From positions 16,974-80,973 of the forward strand of contig CAIYVX010000082.1 of assembly GCA_903929765.1 (NCBI GenBank): DNA of 64,000 bases. The letters run 5' to 3'. Positions 34,209 to 43,673 of the stretch are shown here, one piece after another. A program made the position numbers and the translations under genes. Position 1 is the first letter of the stretch; each line of letters begins with the position of its first letter. Below the pieces are notes generated by a model. That model was given only the letters and a program-made list of their open reading frames with translations. It had not been told where the DNA came from and searched no databases. This DNA comes from an uncultured Planctomycetia bacterium. Its GTDB lineage: Bacteria; Planctomycetota; Phycisphaerae; FEN-1346; JAACEH01.

Positions 34209-35633
34209 TTATTGTTTCTTCTCTCCGGGTGCCACACTTTGAAGCCCCGGCTTTGCCGGGGCCAAAGTGTGTGCTTTGTCGCGCTCCTCGCTCTCCTCGA
34301 CAACCACCTTCGGCTCCGGGAACAACCACATCACCAGCCGCCCGTGATTCGACACGGCCGCAGCGGGCAATTCTACCGCCGAATTTCCGTCGAACCACCC
34401 GAACAGCACGCCCACGCCCTGCCGCACATATTGCTGCGCGACCCAGCGCATGGCCCGCCGCCTAAACGCATCCGCCGGCGCTTCCGCCGAAAACGCCGCC
34501 GCGTCGATCGAAACCGCCTCGCTCGTCGGCCGGTACACTTCGTCAACCAGCCCCATCCGCCACGCCCGGCCCGCCAGATAGCACCACGCATCCTCCAGCC
34601 GCGCCCCATCACCTAAACGCACTCCGGGCACACCCGATTGCACCCAAAACATTTTACCACCACTCGAAGGGTAGGTGCTTATATCCCACTCGCCAGCCTC
34701 AAAGGCCAGAATCAGACCAGGGGTAGCAGGAATGTTCTCCACCGACCATTCTCCGCCCTCGTGGCGATGAAGTATCACCCCTTCGTACATCACCCGGTCC
34801 GCCTCGGCCGCCACCAGCGGGCGCGGCTGCAACCGTGCCTTAAAGTACAGCGTCGCTGGACCTGCTCGGAGAGCCGTCACCGCCGCCAGATCTTCCACCA
34901 GGGCCTGACCCGTCGAGCCATCACGGGAAACGACCGAAACTGCATCCACCGAATACAGCGGTTTTTCAACCAGGGCCACGGCCCAGACCGCCCCACCCAA
35001 AGCCACAACAACCATCGCCGCGATCTTAATCCTATGCGAAAAAAGTTCTGCCACCAACGCCAGGCAAACCAGCACCGCCGTCACCGCCAGCGCCGGAATC
35101 AGAAAATGCCAAACGTCAGCCAACTGCCACGACCGCCCCTGAAACAACATCGTTGGAATCTGTCCTTTATTCTGATCCACATATCCAATCAAATCCGGCC
35201 GCACATGCGTCCGCGCCGCCAGACGGTCGAGCAAACTACCTGACGAAGCCGCACCCTGCCCTCCCAAGCTCGGCCTCAGTTTCGCAGGAGCATAGCTAAC
35301 CAACAACTTCCCTGCGGCGTCCAGCCCCTCGATGGCCGAAAGGTTCAGCGACCCGTCGAAATACCACGGCTCAAACGTCACGTCGCCCGTTTGCCGCGCC
35401 GGAATCAGCACGTCCAGCCGGTACTCGAAAAGTTGATTGGTTTTAATCCGCACCTGCCGGATGTCGGCCGCCGAAGTGTTCGCCAGTTGCAGCGCCACCG
35501 GCAGCTTCATCCCCGAAATTCCCACATCCGAGCCGGCGAAACGAACGTTCGCCCCCGTCTCAGCCCGCGCCTCCACACCCAACGCCGCCGAAAACATGAA
35601 AACCAACAGAACGACGAGCGGCAACTTTTTCAT
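34209..35633 (-). CDS. Hypothetical membrane-anchored protein
   Basis: ORF 34209..35648. ATG 35633 gives MKKLPLVVLLVFMFSAALGVEA (signal peptide) 5 nt after the upstream stop. There are two central TM segments. No recognisable domain. Confidence 0.5.
   Translation of the reverse strand: MKKLPLVVLLVFMFSAALGVEARAETGANVRFAGSDVGISGMKLPVALQLANTSAADIRQVRIKTNQLFEYRLDVLIPARQTGDVTFEPWYFDGSLNLSAIEGLDAAGKLLVSYAPAKLRPSLGGQGAASSGSLLDRLAARTHVRPDLIGYVDQNKGQIPTMLFQGRSWQLADVWHFLIPALAVTAVLVCLALVAELFSHRIKIAAMVVVALGGAVWAVALVEKPLYSVDAVSVVSRDGSTGQALVEDLAAVTALRAGPATLYFKARLQPRPLVAAEADRVMYEGVILHRHEGGEWSVENIPATPGLILAFEAGEWDISTYPSSGGKMFWVQSGVPGVRLGDGARLEDAWCYLAGRAWRMGLVDEVYRPTSEAVSIDAAAFSAEAPADAFRRRAMRWVAQQYVRQGVGVLFGWFDGNSAVELPAAAVSNHGRLVMWLFPEPKVVVEESEERDKAHTLAPAKPGLQSVAPGEKKQ
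34228..34274 (+). repeat. REP-A hairpin repeat
   Basis: GGTGCCACACTTTGaAGCCCCGGCtttGCCGGGGCcAAAGTGTGTGC is a long imperfect palindrome. It overlaps the last ~20 codons of ORF 34209..35633. Confidence 0.85.
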
Positions 35634-35637
35634 GTCA

Positions 35638-37605
35638 TCACAAATCATAAGCCCGCTTCACCCTCAGTATTTCCGCCACGCTCCAGGCCTGAGCGAAACA
35701 GCCGCGCGGCCAGTGCGGCTCGTCCCCATCAAATATCTCCGCCACCGTGCCCAGCGTCCCCTGGTCCAACGTCGCCAGGGCATTGTCGATCACGCCCTGA
35801 GCCTCGCCGTGGGCCACAAACTCCGACTCCGCCGACGCCATCAGGGCATCGACATACGGCCCCAGCAGCCACGGCCAGACCGTCCCCTGGTGATACGCGA
35901 AATCCCGCTCGAACCAATTCCCGATGCACCGGCCCCGGTAATCCCGATCCTCGCGCGCGAGCGTCCGCAGGCCGCACGGCGTCAAAAGTTTCCGCCGCAC
36001 CGTCCCCACCACCGCCCGCGCCCGCTCGCCCGTCACCGGGGCAAAGGGCAGCGACACCGCGAAAAGCTGATTCGGCCGCACCCGGACATCCCGGTTCTTA
36101 CCGTCCACGCAGTCATAAAGGTAGCCGCCCTCAGCGTTCCAGAACGTCTCGCCGAAGGCCGCCGTCGTCCGAGCCCGCCCGCGCACCGCCTCGGGCAATT
36201 TCGCTTTCGTCGCCCACTTTTCGCCCCAGTCCGCCACGATCCCCAGCGCCGACAGCCACAGGGCGTTGATCTCCACCGCCTTGCCGCGCCGCTGCGTAAA
36301 GGGAACGCCCCCGTGCATCGCGTCCATCCAGGTCAGGGCGTGGCCGTCCTCGCCCGCCCAGATCAGCCCGTCGGTGTCCGCATGAATGTGGTGCCGCGTC
36401 CCCGAGTGGTAGCGCCGCACAATTTCCAGAATCGGCTTCCACAGCTTGTCGTGGACGAAGTCCAGGTCGCCCGTCGCCTGCCCATAGGCCCGCGCCGCCT
36501 GGATGAACCAGAGCGACGAATCCACAGAGTTATATGACAACTTCTTGTTGTCGTCCTCGAAGCGGTTCGGCATCATCCCTTCGTCAATGAGGCCGGCGAA
36601 AAGTTCCAGCACCGCCCGGGCCAGGTCGTGCCGCCCCGTCGCCAGGCACAGCCCCGGCAGCGCAACCATCGCGTCGCGGCCCCAGTCCGCGAACCACGGA
36701 TAACCCGCCAGAATGCTCGCCAGAGTCCGCTCCCGGCTCGGCCGTTCCACCAGGAACTGATCCGCCGCGATCACCAGCATCTCTTCACGCTGCCCGCGCG
36801 GCCCCGCCAGCCGTACCAGTTCCCGCCGCCGCGCCAGTTCTCCCTGACACGCCGCCGCGAACGTCAGCGCCGGTTCATCCGCCCCCAGACTCGCCGTCAG
36901 CACCACTTCCTGCCGCGCGTCCAGATCGACCGTCGCCGACCCGACGCGCAACAAATCTTCCACGTCGTCCTGCCCGCGCTCCGTCTCCACGCGATAGCAA
37001 ATCCCCTTGTACCAGATCGGCTCAACCATGATCTCCGCCCCGCCCGCACGAATGAAGAGATCCTGTCCCCCGACACCCGACACCCGCCAGCCCGCGTCCG
37101 CCGGCTCAACATTCAGCCCGTCGCGCCGCCCTTTCAACTCATGAAAACTCCGCATCGCCACAAACGGCGCGAGCACCAGCTTGGCCCCCGCCGGCGCCCC
37201 GGTCACCTGGTACTGAATCATCACGCAATTGGTCCGGTACACCATCAGGACGCGCTTCGTCACCACCGTTTCGCCGACCTGCCAGCGCCAGACCGGCAGC
37301 GGATCGAGCCGGAAGTCGAGCAGCCGCCGATTGCCATCCGGAAAAAATCCGTCGCGATATTCCGTTGTGTTGAGGTAATGTTCGCCCGACGGCAGGACCA
37401 GCATTTCGTCCAGGTGCGACAGCAGGACGTAACGATCCAGCGGCGGATTCAGCGCCGCCACCAAGAGGCCGTGGTACCGCCGCGTGTTGCACCCCACCAG
37501 GCTCGACGAGCAATACCCGCCCAGCCCGTTGGTCAGCAGAAACCCGCGCCGCAACGACCACTCCAAATCCTGAAGATTATCCGCCCCGGCCACAAACGTC
37601 CACAT
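35638..37605 (-). CDS. Glycogen debranching enzyme (amylo-alpha-1,6-glucosidase, GDE_C type)
   Basis: 655 aa. N-terminus ...GFLLTNGLGGYCSSSLVGCNTRRYHGLLVAAL... and an (alpha/alpha)6-type C-terminal region typical of archaeal/bacterial GDE-like proteins. Confidence 0.8.
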   Translation of the reverse strand: MWTFVAGADNLQDLEWSLRRGFLLTNGLGGYCSSSLVGCNTRRYHGLLVAALNPPLDRYVLLSHLDEMLVLPSGEHYLNTTEYRDGFFPDGNRRLLDFRLDPLPVWRWQVGETVVTKRVLMVYRTNCVMIQYQVTGAPAGAKLVLAPFVAMRSFHELKGRRDGLNVEPADAGWRVSGVGGQDLFIRAGGAEIMVEPIWYKGICYRVETERGQDDVEDLLRVGSATVDLDARQEVVLTASLGADEPALTFAAACQGELARRRELVRLAGPRGQREEMLVIAADQFLVERPSRERTLASILAGYPWFADWGRDAMVALPGLCLATGRHDLARAVLELFAGLIDEGMMPNRFEDDNKKLSYNSVDSSLWFIQAARAYGQATGDLDFVHDKLWKPILEIVRRYHSGTRHHIHADTDGLIWAGEDGHALTWMDAMHGGVPFTQRRGKAVEINALWLSALGIVADWGEKWATKAKLPEAVRGRARTTAAFGETFWNAEGGYLYDCVDGKNRDVRVRPNQLFAVSLPFAPVTGERARAVVGTVRRKLLTPCGLRTLAREDRDYRGRCIGNWFERDFAYHQGTVWPWLLGPYVDALMASAESEFVAHGEAQGVIDNALATLDQGTLGTVAEIFDGDEPHWPRGCFAQAWSVAEILRVKRAYDL

Positions 37606-37662
37606 AGTGACCCCCAGTATACGCTACTGTTGGTATGGTGCAATAGAAGATGACAAATACAG

Positions 37663-37710
37663 GGTGCCACACTTTGTCCCGACCGCCTTTTGGTCGGGCA
37701 AAGTGTGTGG
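37663..37710 (+). repeat. REP-A hairpin repeat (left flank of RAYT)
   Basis: GGTGCCACACTTTGtCCCGACCgccttttGGTCGGGcAAAGTGTGTGG, 18 nt downstream of the RAYT stop. Confidence 0.85.
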
Positions 37711-37727
37711 TTGGTCTGCCGGAAACC

Positions 37728-38264
37728 TCAGACCGGAAGAATATCCATCTCTAAACCTTCATGTCGTTCGTACCACGCGGCACTACTCCAGCGCCAGTCC
37801 GCGACCGACTCGACCAGGCCTCGCCGCACCGGATTATTGTGAATGTAATTGAGCTTCTCATAGAGTTCTTCCCGGCTTGTGATATTCCTATCATAACCAC
37901 CTCCTCCCAGCCAGAAGTGCGGCCTTCCCTGAGCGTCGGTGATCCGAGAGAGAATGGGGGCGTTCAACTCGCGCCACCGAGCGAGAACATCTTTCGAGAA
38001 CGGGCGCTTCAGGGCGTGAAGAATAGCCGTGACGGTAAAGTCAGGGAGGTCAGGTGTCAGAAGCAGGTGGAAATGCTCCGGCATAACGACCCAGGCGTAG
38101 AGGGCAAAGTCCGTCTGCCGCCGGACAAAAGACAACCGGTCTACGAAGGCGTCCTTGACGCGATCACTCTTGAACAGCGGCAACCGGCCGTAGCAGGAAC
38201 AAGTCAGGTAGCGAACATGGTTTGGCAACTCGTAGCGTTTAAGAGTTCGACGATTGTCGCTCAT
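37728..38264 (-). CDS. REP-associated tyrosine transposase (RAYT; IS200-like Y1/HUH family)
   Basis: ORF 37728..38393. The likely start is ATG 38264 (MSDNRRTLKRY...). HUH motif VMPEHFHLLL and Tyr region GGGYDRNITSREELYEKLNYIHNNPVRRGLV...WRWSS. Confidence 0.8.
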   Translation of the reverse strand: MSDNRRTLKRYELPNHVRYLTCSCYGRLPLFKSDRVKDAFVDRLSFVRRQTDFALYAWVVMPEHFHLLLTPDLPDFTVTAILHALKRPFSKDVLARWRELNAPILSRITDAQGRPHFWLGGGGYDRNITSREELYEKLNYIHNNPVRRGLVESVADWRWSSAAWYERHEGLEMDILPV

Positions 38265-38323
38265 GACGGGGCATCTCGACCAATCGGCACGAAGTTTATT
38301 CGGAAGATTTACTTGCGGTCCGA

Positions 38324-38370
38324 ACACACACTTTGCCCGGCATACTGCCGCCGGGACAAAGTGTGGCACC
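38324..38370 (-). repeat. REP-A hairpin repeat (right flank of RAYT, inverted)
   Basis: ACACACACTTTGcCCGGCatactgcCGCCGGGaCAAAGTGTGGCACC is the reverse-complement orientation of the other REP-A copies. Confidence 0.85.
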
Positions 38371-38403
38371 CTCGTTCCAAGGATCCCAAACAATCAGCTG
38401 AAA

Positions 38404-39579
38404 CTACCTCTTCAGCCGCTGCCGGATGTTGTCCAGGACGTTCATGTAGTTGATGTAGGAATCGTACGGTGAATCGTACGGATTGAAGTACTTATGAACG
38501 TCCCCGTCCGCGAACCACTTCGTGCACATGTAATAGAAATGGTCCGACGTCAGCAGCCGCCGCCAGTCGTGCAGCAGGTTCGGATCAGCCTTGTCCTTGA
38601 TCTGCTTCTCCAGCCGGTAGACTTCGTGCAGGGCGTTGGACTGCATGGCGTTGCCGAGCCACGCCGACAGGTCGCGCTCGATGTCCGCCCACGATATCAT
38701 GTGCGGCACGTCCAGCGTCCCCTCCGGCTCGTAGCGGTCCGTCGCCTCCGAGAGGGTCAGAAAATTATTATCCGGGTGCTGCAGCACGATCTCCGGCAAC
38801 TTCTGCATGAACTGGAAAATCCCCGTGTCTTCCCACTGGTGTTCGCCGAAGGTCTCATAGTCCATAAACAGGTTGACCATGTAGCCGTTGCCGTTGACCT
38901 GGTTGACCCACTGCCCGAACTTCTCCGCCGTCAGCGGCCACTCGTTCCACTGGCGGTTCGAGAAGCGGAAGGCGATGTCGTCGCTCAGGCGATAATTCTT
39001 CAGCAGCAGCTTGATGTTGCGCGTGCCCAGCGGCCGGTACATGAACGTCGGGCTGCGGTAGCCCAGAATGTGGTCCGCCCCCTCGGCCAGGATGCCCTTG
39101 AAGCCCATCTCCTCGATGTAGTGCGCCAGATCATTATTATAAATAAGCTCGGTGTTCCGGAAAACCTGCGGCTTGTAGCCGAACACTTCCTGCATCTTGG
39201 CCGCGTGCGAAACCACCTGCTGCCGGAATTCTTCCCGGCTGTACAGGAAGGCCAGCGAGTGGTAATAGGTCTCGTTCAGAAATTCCACGCAACCGGTGGC
39301 CGCCAGTTGCTTGAAGCTCTCGATCACCTCCGGGCAATAGGCCAGGAACTGATCGACCGCGATCCCGGTGATCGAATAGCTGCACCGGAACCGTCCCTGG
39401 TTGCGGCGGATCAGATCCAGCATCACCTGGTTCGCCGGCAGGTAGCACTTGGTGGCCACCTTCCGACAAATTTCCGCATTCTTGTAGTCATCGAAATAAT
39501 ACGGATCGGTGTCAAAGACGGAATAGCGGCGCAACCGGTACGGCTGATGCACTTGGAAATAAAAACACACTGAGGCCAT
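38404..39579 (-). CDS. GH57-family alpha-amylase/glycoside hydrolase
   Basis: MASVCFYFQVHQPYRLRRY...ELIYNNDLA...ETFGEHQWE matches the GH57 conserved blocks (HQP, E..GEH). Confidence 0.8.
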   Translation of the reverse strand: MASVCFYFQVHQPYRLRRYSVFDTDPYYFDDYKNAEICRKVATKCYLPANQVMLDLIRRNQGRFRCSYSITGIAVDQFLAYCPEVIESFKQLAATGCVEFLNETYYHSLAFLYSREEFRQQVVSHAAKMQEVFGYKPQVFRNTELIYNNDLAHYIEEMGFKGILAEGADHILGYRSPTFMYRPLGTRNIKLLLKNYRLSDDIAFRFSNRQWNEWPLTAEKFGQWVNQVNGNGYMVNLFMDYETFGEHQWEDTGIFQFMQKLPEIVLQHPDNNFLTLSEATDRYEPEGTLDVPHMISWADIERDLSAWLGNAMQSNALHEVYRLEKQIKDKADPNLLHDWRRLLTSDHFYYMCTKWFADGDVHKYFNPYDSPYDSYINYMNVLDNIRQRLKR

Positions 39580-39618
39580 ATCGTCGTTTCGTCCTTCCCC
39601 CGCAAGTTGTCCTTACCA

Positions 39619-39666
39619 GTGGCACGGGCGTCCCGCCCGTGAGTCCCACGGCCATCTTGGCCGTGG
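39619..39666 (+). repeat. REP-B double-hairpin repeat
   Basis: GTGGCACGGGCgtcccGCCCGTGAGTCcCACGGCCatcttGGCCGTGG, in the spacer between the GT gene and GH57. Confidence 0.85.
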
Positions 39667-39687
39667 TTGTTTTTGTTTTTTGCGCCA

Positions 39688-41073
39688 CTACGCCTGCGTC
39701 ACCGCCCGCTCGTACACCTTCACACACGCATTGGCCGCGTCATGCCACGAGAACTTCCGCACCTCAAAGTGGGCGTGTTTCTTCAGCGTCTCCTGCAACG
39801 GCGCGTGCCGCAGCACCGCGATGATCTTGTTGGCCATCTCGTTGATGTCCCAGAAATCGACCTTCAGCACGTGCGTCAGCACCTCGCTCACCCCGCTCTG
39901 CTTCGAGATGATCACCGGCACGTTCTGGCTCATCGCCTCCAGCGGCACCAGCCCGAACGGTTCGCTCACGCTCGGCATCACGAACAGGTCGGCCATCCGG
40001 AAAATCTTCTGCACGTCATCGCCCCGCAGGAACCCCGTAAAGAGAATCCGGTGCCCGATCCCCAGGTGCGCCGCCAGTTCGATCACCCGCCGGAACATGT
40101 CCCCGTCCCCGGCCATGACGAACTTCACGTTCCCCATTTTTTCCAAAACCTTCTTCGCCGCCGCCACAAAATATTCCGGCCCCTTCTGCATCGTCATCCG
40201 GCCCAGGAAGAGCACCAGCCGCTCGTCCGAATCGAAATCCACCGGGCCTTCCTGCACCGCCTCGGCCGCCGTCTCGTCGATGTCGATCTGGTTGTGCACC
40301 ACCTCCACCTTCTCCGGGTCCGCCCCGTAGCGCGAAATACAGATGTTCCGCGTCAGGTTCGACACGGCGATGACCTTCGTCGCCCCGTGCATCCCCGCCC
40401 GCTCAATGTCGTAGACGACCTGGTTGACGTTGTCCCCCGACCGGTCGAACTCCGTGCTGTGTACGTGGACCACCAGGGGCTTGCCGGTAATTCCTGCCAC
40501 AGCCAGCGCCGCCGGGAAGGTCATCCAGTCGTGGGCGTGAATCACGTCGAACTCGATCCGGTGAGCGAAGGCCATCAGCAGTTTCGTGTAGCGGTGCACC
40601 TCCGACATCAGGTTCCGCCCGTACTGTCCGGTCAACATGGCGCTTTCGGGTCCCGAGGCGGCGGAGCTTTGCTGCTCCCGCCCGATTTCCCGCAGTTCGC
40701 CCTCGGCCGTCATTTCTTCCAGGAACGCCGTACGTTCCTTTTCCGCCCGCTGGGCATAAGTCCCGGCCGTCGCGTACGGCATGAGGTTAACCTGCACCGG
40801 CACGAACGTCACGTTCTCCATATTCTTCAGCCGGTAGCTCAGCAATCCGCCCGGACCCAGGATCGGCACCCACGGCGCTGCATTGCCGTTGGTCTCCGCC
40901 TTTGGCGCGATCAGCCGCACGTGCGTTGCCAGGTCGCTTCGCACCGCCCGCGGCAGCACGAAAAACACTTCCACGCCCAGTTCGCTCATGGCCCGCGTCA
41001 GTCCATAGCAGGCCACCCCCAGGCCCCCACTGATGAACGGCGGAAATTCCCATCCTAACATCAATACACGCAT
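39688..41073 (-). CDS. Glycosyltransferase (GT-B fold, glycogen-synthase-like)
   Basis: MRVLMLGWEFPPFISGGLGVACYGLTRAMSELGVEV, a C-terminal E..G....EAM-type motif (SEPFGLVPLEAMS), and a glycogen-gene context. Confidence 0.75.
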   Translation of the reverse strand: MRVLMLGWEFPPFISGGLGVACYGLTRAMSELGVEVFFVLPRAVRSDLATHVRLIAPKAETNGNAAPWVPILGPGGLLSYRLKNMENVTFVPVQVNLMPYATAGTYAQRAEKERTAFLEEMTAEGELREIGREQQSSAASGPESAMLTGQYGRNLMSEVHRYTKLLMAFAHRIEFDVIHAHDWMTFPAALAVAGITGKPLVVHVHSTEFDRSGDNVNQVVYDIERAGMHGATKVIAVSNLTRNICISRYGADPEKVEVVHNQIDIDETAAEAVQEGPVDFDSDERLVLFLGRMTMQKGPEYFVAAAKKVLEKMGNVKFVMAGDGDMFRRVIELAAHLGIGHRILFTGFLRGDDVQKIFRMADLFVMPSVSEPFGLVPLEAMSQNVPVIISKQSGVSEVLTHVLKVDFWDINEMANKIIAVLRHAPLQETLKKHAHFEVRKFSWHDAANACVKVYERAVTQA

Positions 41074-41197
41074 GAATAACCTCTCGAGCCCGGCGTCTCC
41101 GCCGGACTCCCATGTCCCGTCCCTGGGTTACTTCGGATTGCCCCCTGGTCGATAGCGGCGTGGTTGTTCCGTCAACGGACGTGCTTCGACTTGCTTG

Positions 41198-41226
41198 AAG
41201 ATACTCTGCGCGCTGTTTTAAGTCAA
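41198..41226 (-). promoter_or_regulatory. Candidate promoter of the glycogen operon
   Basis: Minus strand reads TTGACT(41226-41221)-17 nt-TATCTT(41203-41198), about 125 nt upstream of the GT start. Confidence 0.4.
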
Positions 41227-41261
41227 TCGTTATAAACCAAAATTTTTTCGTGAGCGACAGG

Positions 41262-42245
41262 TTAACTTGTCAGCCGTGCGAACTCCGCCGCGTAGTACGT
41301 CAGAATAATGTCCGCCCCGGCCCGACGAATACTCGTCAGCGTCTCACGAATCGCCGCGCCGCGGTCGATCCACCCCGCCCGCGCCGCCGCTTCGATCATC
41401 GCGTACTCACCGCTCACCTGGTACGCCGCCACCGGCACGCCAAACCGCTGTTTCACCCGCCAGATCACGTCCAGATACGCCAGGGCCGGCTTCACCATCA
41501 CGATGTCGGCGCCTTCCTGCAAATCGTTTTCCACCTCACGCAATGCTTCGTTCCCATTGCGATAATCCATCTGGTACCCGCGCCGGTCGCCGAACTGCGG
41601 CGGACTTTCCGCCGCCTCCCGGAACGGCCCGTAAAAACTCGACGCGAACTTCGCCGCATAAGACATGAGCGGCACGTGGCTCAGGGACGCCGCATCCAGC
41701 GCCTGGCGAATCGCCCCCACCCGCCCGTCCATCATGTCGCTCGGCGCCACCACGTCCGCCCCCGCACGGGCGTGGGCCAGCGCCATCGCCGCCAGGAGCG
41801 GCAACGTCTGATCATTATCTATGACGCGCCGCCCGCCGCGCTCCACCGGCACGCCGCAATGGCCGTGATCGGTATATTCGCACAGGCAGACGTCCGTAAT
41901 CACCGCCAGGTCCGGCAGCGCCTTCTTGAGCGCCCGCACCGCCCGCGGAATCAGCCCGTCCGGATCGACCGCGCTCGTCGCCCCGGCGTCCTTGCGGTCC
42001 GGTATCCCGAACAGAATCACCGCCGGCACGCCCGCCGCCGCCACCTCGCCCGCCCGCTCCACCAGCGTGTCCACCGACCACTGGAACTGCCCCGGCATCG
42101 ACGAAATCGCCCGCCGCTCCCCCCGCCCTTCCCGCACAAACAGCGGCTGCACCAAATCCTTCGCCTCCAGCGTCGTCTCCGCCACCATCTCGCGCAGCAC
42201 TGCCGTGTCCCGCAGCCGCCGCAGACGTGTTATCGGAAAAGCCAC
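41262..42245 (-). CDS. hemB: Porphobilinogen synthase (delta-aminolevulinate dehydratase)
   Basis: ORF 41262..42278. GTG 42245 (VAFPITRLRRLR...) has GGAGGA 7 nt upstream and matches usual HemB N-termini. Active-site region DVCLCEYTDHGHCG and the Schiff-base Lys region (MVKPALAYLD) are present. Confidence 0.9.
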   Translation of the reverse strand: MAFPITRLRRLRDTAVLREMVAETTLEAKDLVQPLFVREGRGERRAISSMPGQFQWSVDTLVERAGEVAAAGVPAVILFGIPDRKDAGATSAVDPDGLIPRAVRALKKALPDLAVITDVCLCEYTDHGHCGVPVERGGRRVIDNDQTLPLLAAMALAHARAGADVVAPSDMMDGRVGAIRQALDAASLSHVPLMSYAAKFASSFYGPFREAAESPPQFGDRRGYQMDYRNGNEALREVENDLQEGADIVMVKPALAYLDVIWRVKQRFGVPVAAYQVSGEYAMIEAAARAGWIDRGAAIRETLTSIRRAGADIILTYYAAEFARLTS

Positions 42246-42273
42246 GATCCATTCCTCCGCGTGCCGCTTCTTT

Positions 42274-42318
42274 TTCACCCCTCTCCCTTGAGGGGAGAGG
42301 GTAGGGTGAGGGTGTTGC
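42274..42318 (+). repeat. Family C repeat, variant (45 nt)
   Basis: TTCACCCCTCTCCCTTGAGGGGAGAGGGTAGGGTGAGGGTGTTGC. Its exact reverse complement occurs at 48782-48826. Confidence 0.9.
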
Positions 42319-42374
42319 TGTTTCTTCTGCTTTTGTTGCTGCGCCTTAAGCCTTAAGCCTCAAGCCTGCCTTTC

Positions 42375-43607
42375 CTACTCCTTCTCCAGTTCAAACGCCG
42401 CATGCACCGCCCGCAGCGCCTGTTCCGCGTGATCGCGGCTGATGATGCACGAAATCTTGATCTCGCTCGTCGTGATCATCTGGATGTTGATCTTCGCGTC
42501 GGCCAGGGCCTTGAACATCTTCTGGGCCACGCCCGTGTGGCTCCTCATGCCCACGCCGACAATCGAAACTTTCGATATATTCTTGTCGATTTCGACCGCG
42601 CCCGCCCCGAGTTCTTTGGTCAGACCGTTGGCCACGTCGATCACATCCTCAATGTCGGCCAGGGCCACGGTGAATGACAGGTCGGTCTGCCCTTCGCGCG
42701 AAATGTTCTGAATGATGTCGTCCACCACGATGTTGGCCGACGCGATTTGGTGGAAAATTTCCGCCGCCGCCCCCGGCCGGTCCGGCACCGACCGCAGCGT
42801 CACCTTGGCCAGGTCCCGCGTCATGGCCGCCCCGCGCACCACGATGCCTTCCATGCTCTTTACCTCCTTCGTAATCAGCGTCCCCTCCGCCTCGCTGAAA
42901 CTAGAGCGGACGTGAATCGCTATGTCGTATTTCTTTCCGAACTCAATCGACCGGCTGTGCATCACGCCCGCCCCCAGCGAGGCCAGTTCCAGCATCTCCT
43001 CGTAGCTGATCTCCGTCAGCTTCCGCGCCTCCGGCACTTTCCGCGGATCGGCCGTATACACCCCGTCCACGTCCGTGTAAATCTCGCAAACAACATTTTC
43101 GCTGCCGCACAATTTCAGCGCCGCCGCCAGGGCCACCGCCGTCGTGTCGCTCCCGCCGCGCCCCAGCGTCGTCACGTTCGCGTTCGCGTCCACGCCCTGA
43201 AACCCCGCCACGATCACGATGTTGCCCTTGGCGAACTCCTTCTTGATCCGTTCGCAATCGACGCTCTTGATCCGGGCCTTCGTGTGCACGCTGTCCGTAA
43301 TCATCCCGACCTGGTGACCCGTGAAGCTGATCGCCCCGGCCCCCTCGGCATGAATCGCCATGGCCATCAACGCGATCGAAATCTGCTCGCCCGTCGCCAG
43401 CAACTGGTCCATCTCCCGGGCCGACGGTCGATCCGTAATTTCCTTGGCCAACTCGATCAATTCGTCCGTCGTGTCGCCGCGCGCCGAGACCACCACCACC
43501 ACCTGGTTGCCCCGGTCCCGCGCCGCAATCGCCCGCCGCGCCGCCCGCTTGATCTTCTCGGCCGTCGCCACGCTCGACCCACCGAACTTCTGCACCACCG
43601 TCGCCAT
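42375..43607 (-). CDS. lysC: Aspartate kinase
   Basis: ORF 42375..43664. ATG 43607 gives MATVVQKFGGSSVAT, the canonical AK start. ACT domains at the C-terminus. Confidence 0.9.
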   Translation of the reverse strand: MATVVQKFGGSSVATAEKIKRAARRAIAARDRGNQVVVVVSARGDTTDELIELAKEITDRPSAREMDQLLATGEQISIALMAMAIHAEGAGAISFTGHQVGMITDSVHTKARIKSVDCERIKKEFAKGNIVIVAGFQGVDANANVTTLGRGGSDTTAVALAAALKLCGSENVVCEIYTDVDGVYTADPRKVPEARKLTEISYEEMLELASLGAGVMHSRSIEFGKKYDIAIHVRSSFSEAEGTLITKEVKSMEGIVVRGAAMTRDLAKVTLRSVPDRPGAAAEIFHQIASANIVVDDIIQNISREGQTDLSFTVALADIEDVIDVANGLTKELGAGAVEIDKNISKVSIVGVGMRSHTGVAQKMFKALADAKINIQMITTSEIKISCIISRDHAEQALRAVHAAFELEKE

Positions 43608-43634
43608 CAGAACCAACCTTTCAAACCTGTGCTG

Positions 43635-43663
43635 GGTGGCATGGCCGCTTGCGGCCATGCGCA
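43635..43663 (+). repeat. Family D-like hairpin (variant)
   Basis: GGGTGGCATGGCCGCttGCGGCCATGCGC has a perfect 10-bp stem (GCATGGCCGC/GCGGCCATGC, central tt unpaired) and the same GGGTGGCATGGC head as family D. It lies in the 66-nt spacer upstream of lysC. Confidence 0.6.
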
Positions 43664-43673
43664 TAACCCCGCC

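Larger units (their letters stand above)
37663..38370 (-). mobile_element. REPtron: RAYT gene bracketed by inverted REP-A hairpins
   Basis: REP-A at 37663-37710 and its reverse complement at 38324-38370 flank the HUH/Y1 transposase-like gene. A hand count of G+C for nt 37801-37900 gives 50%, versus 65-70% for neighbours. Confidence 0.8.
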
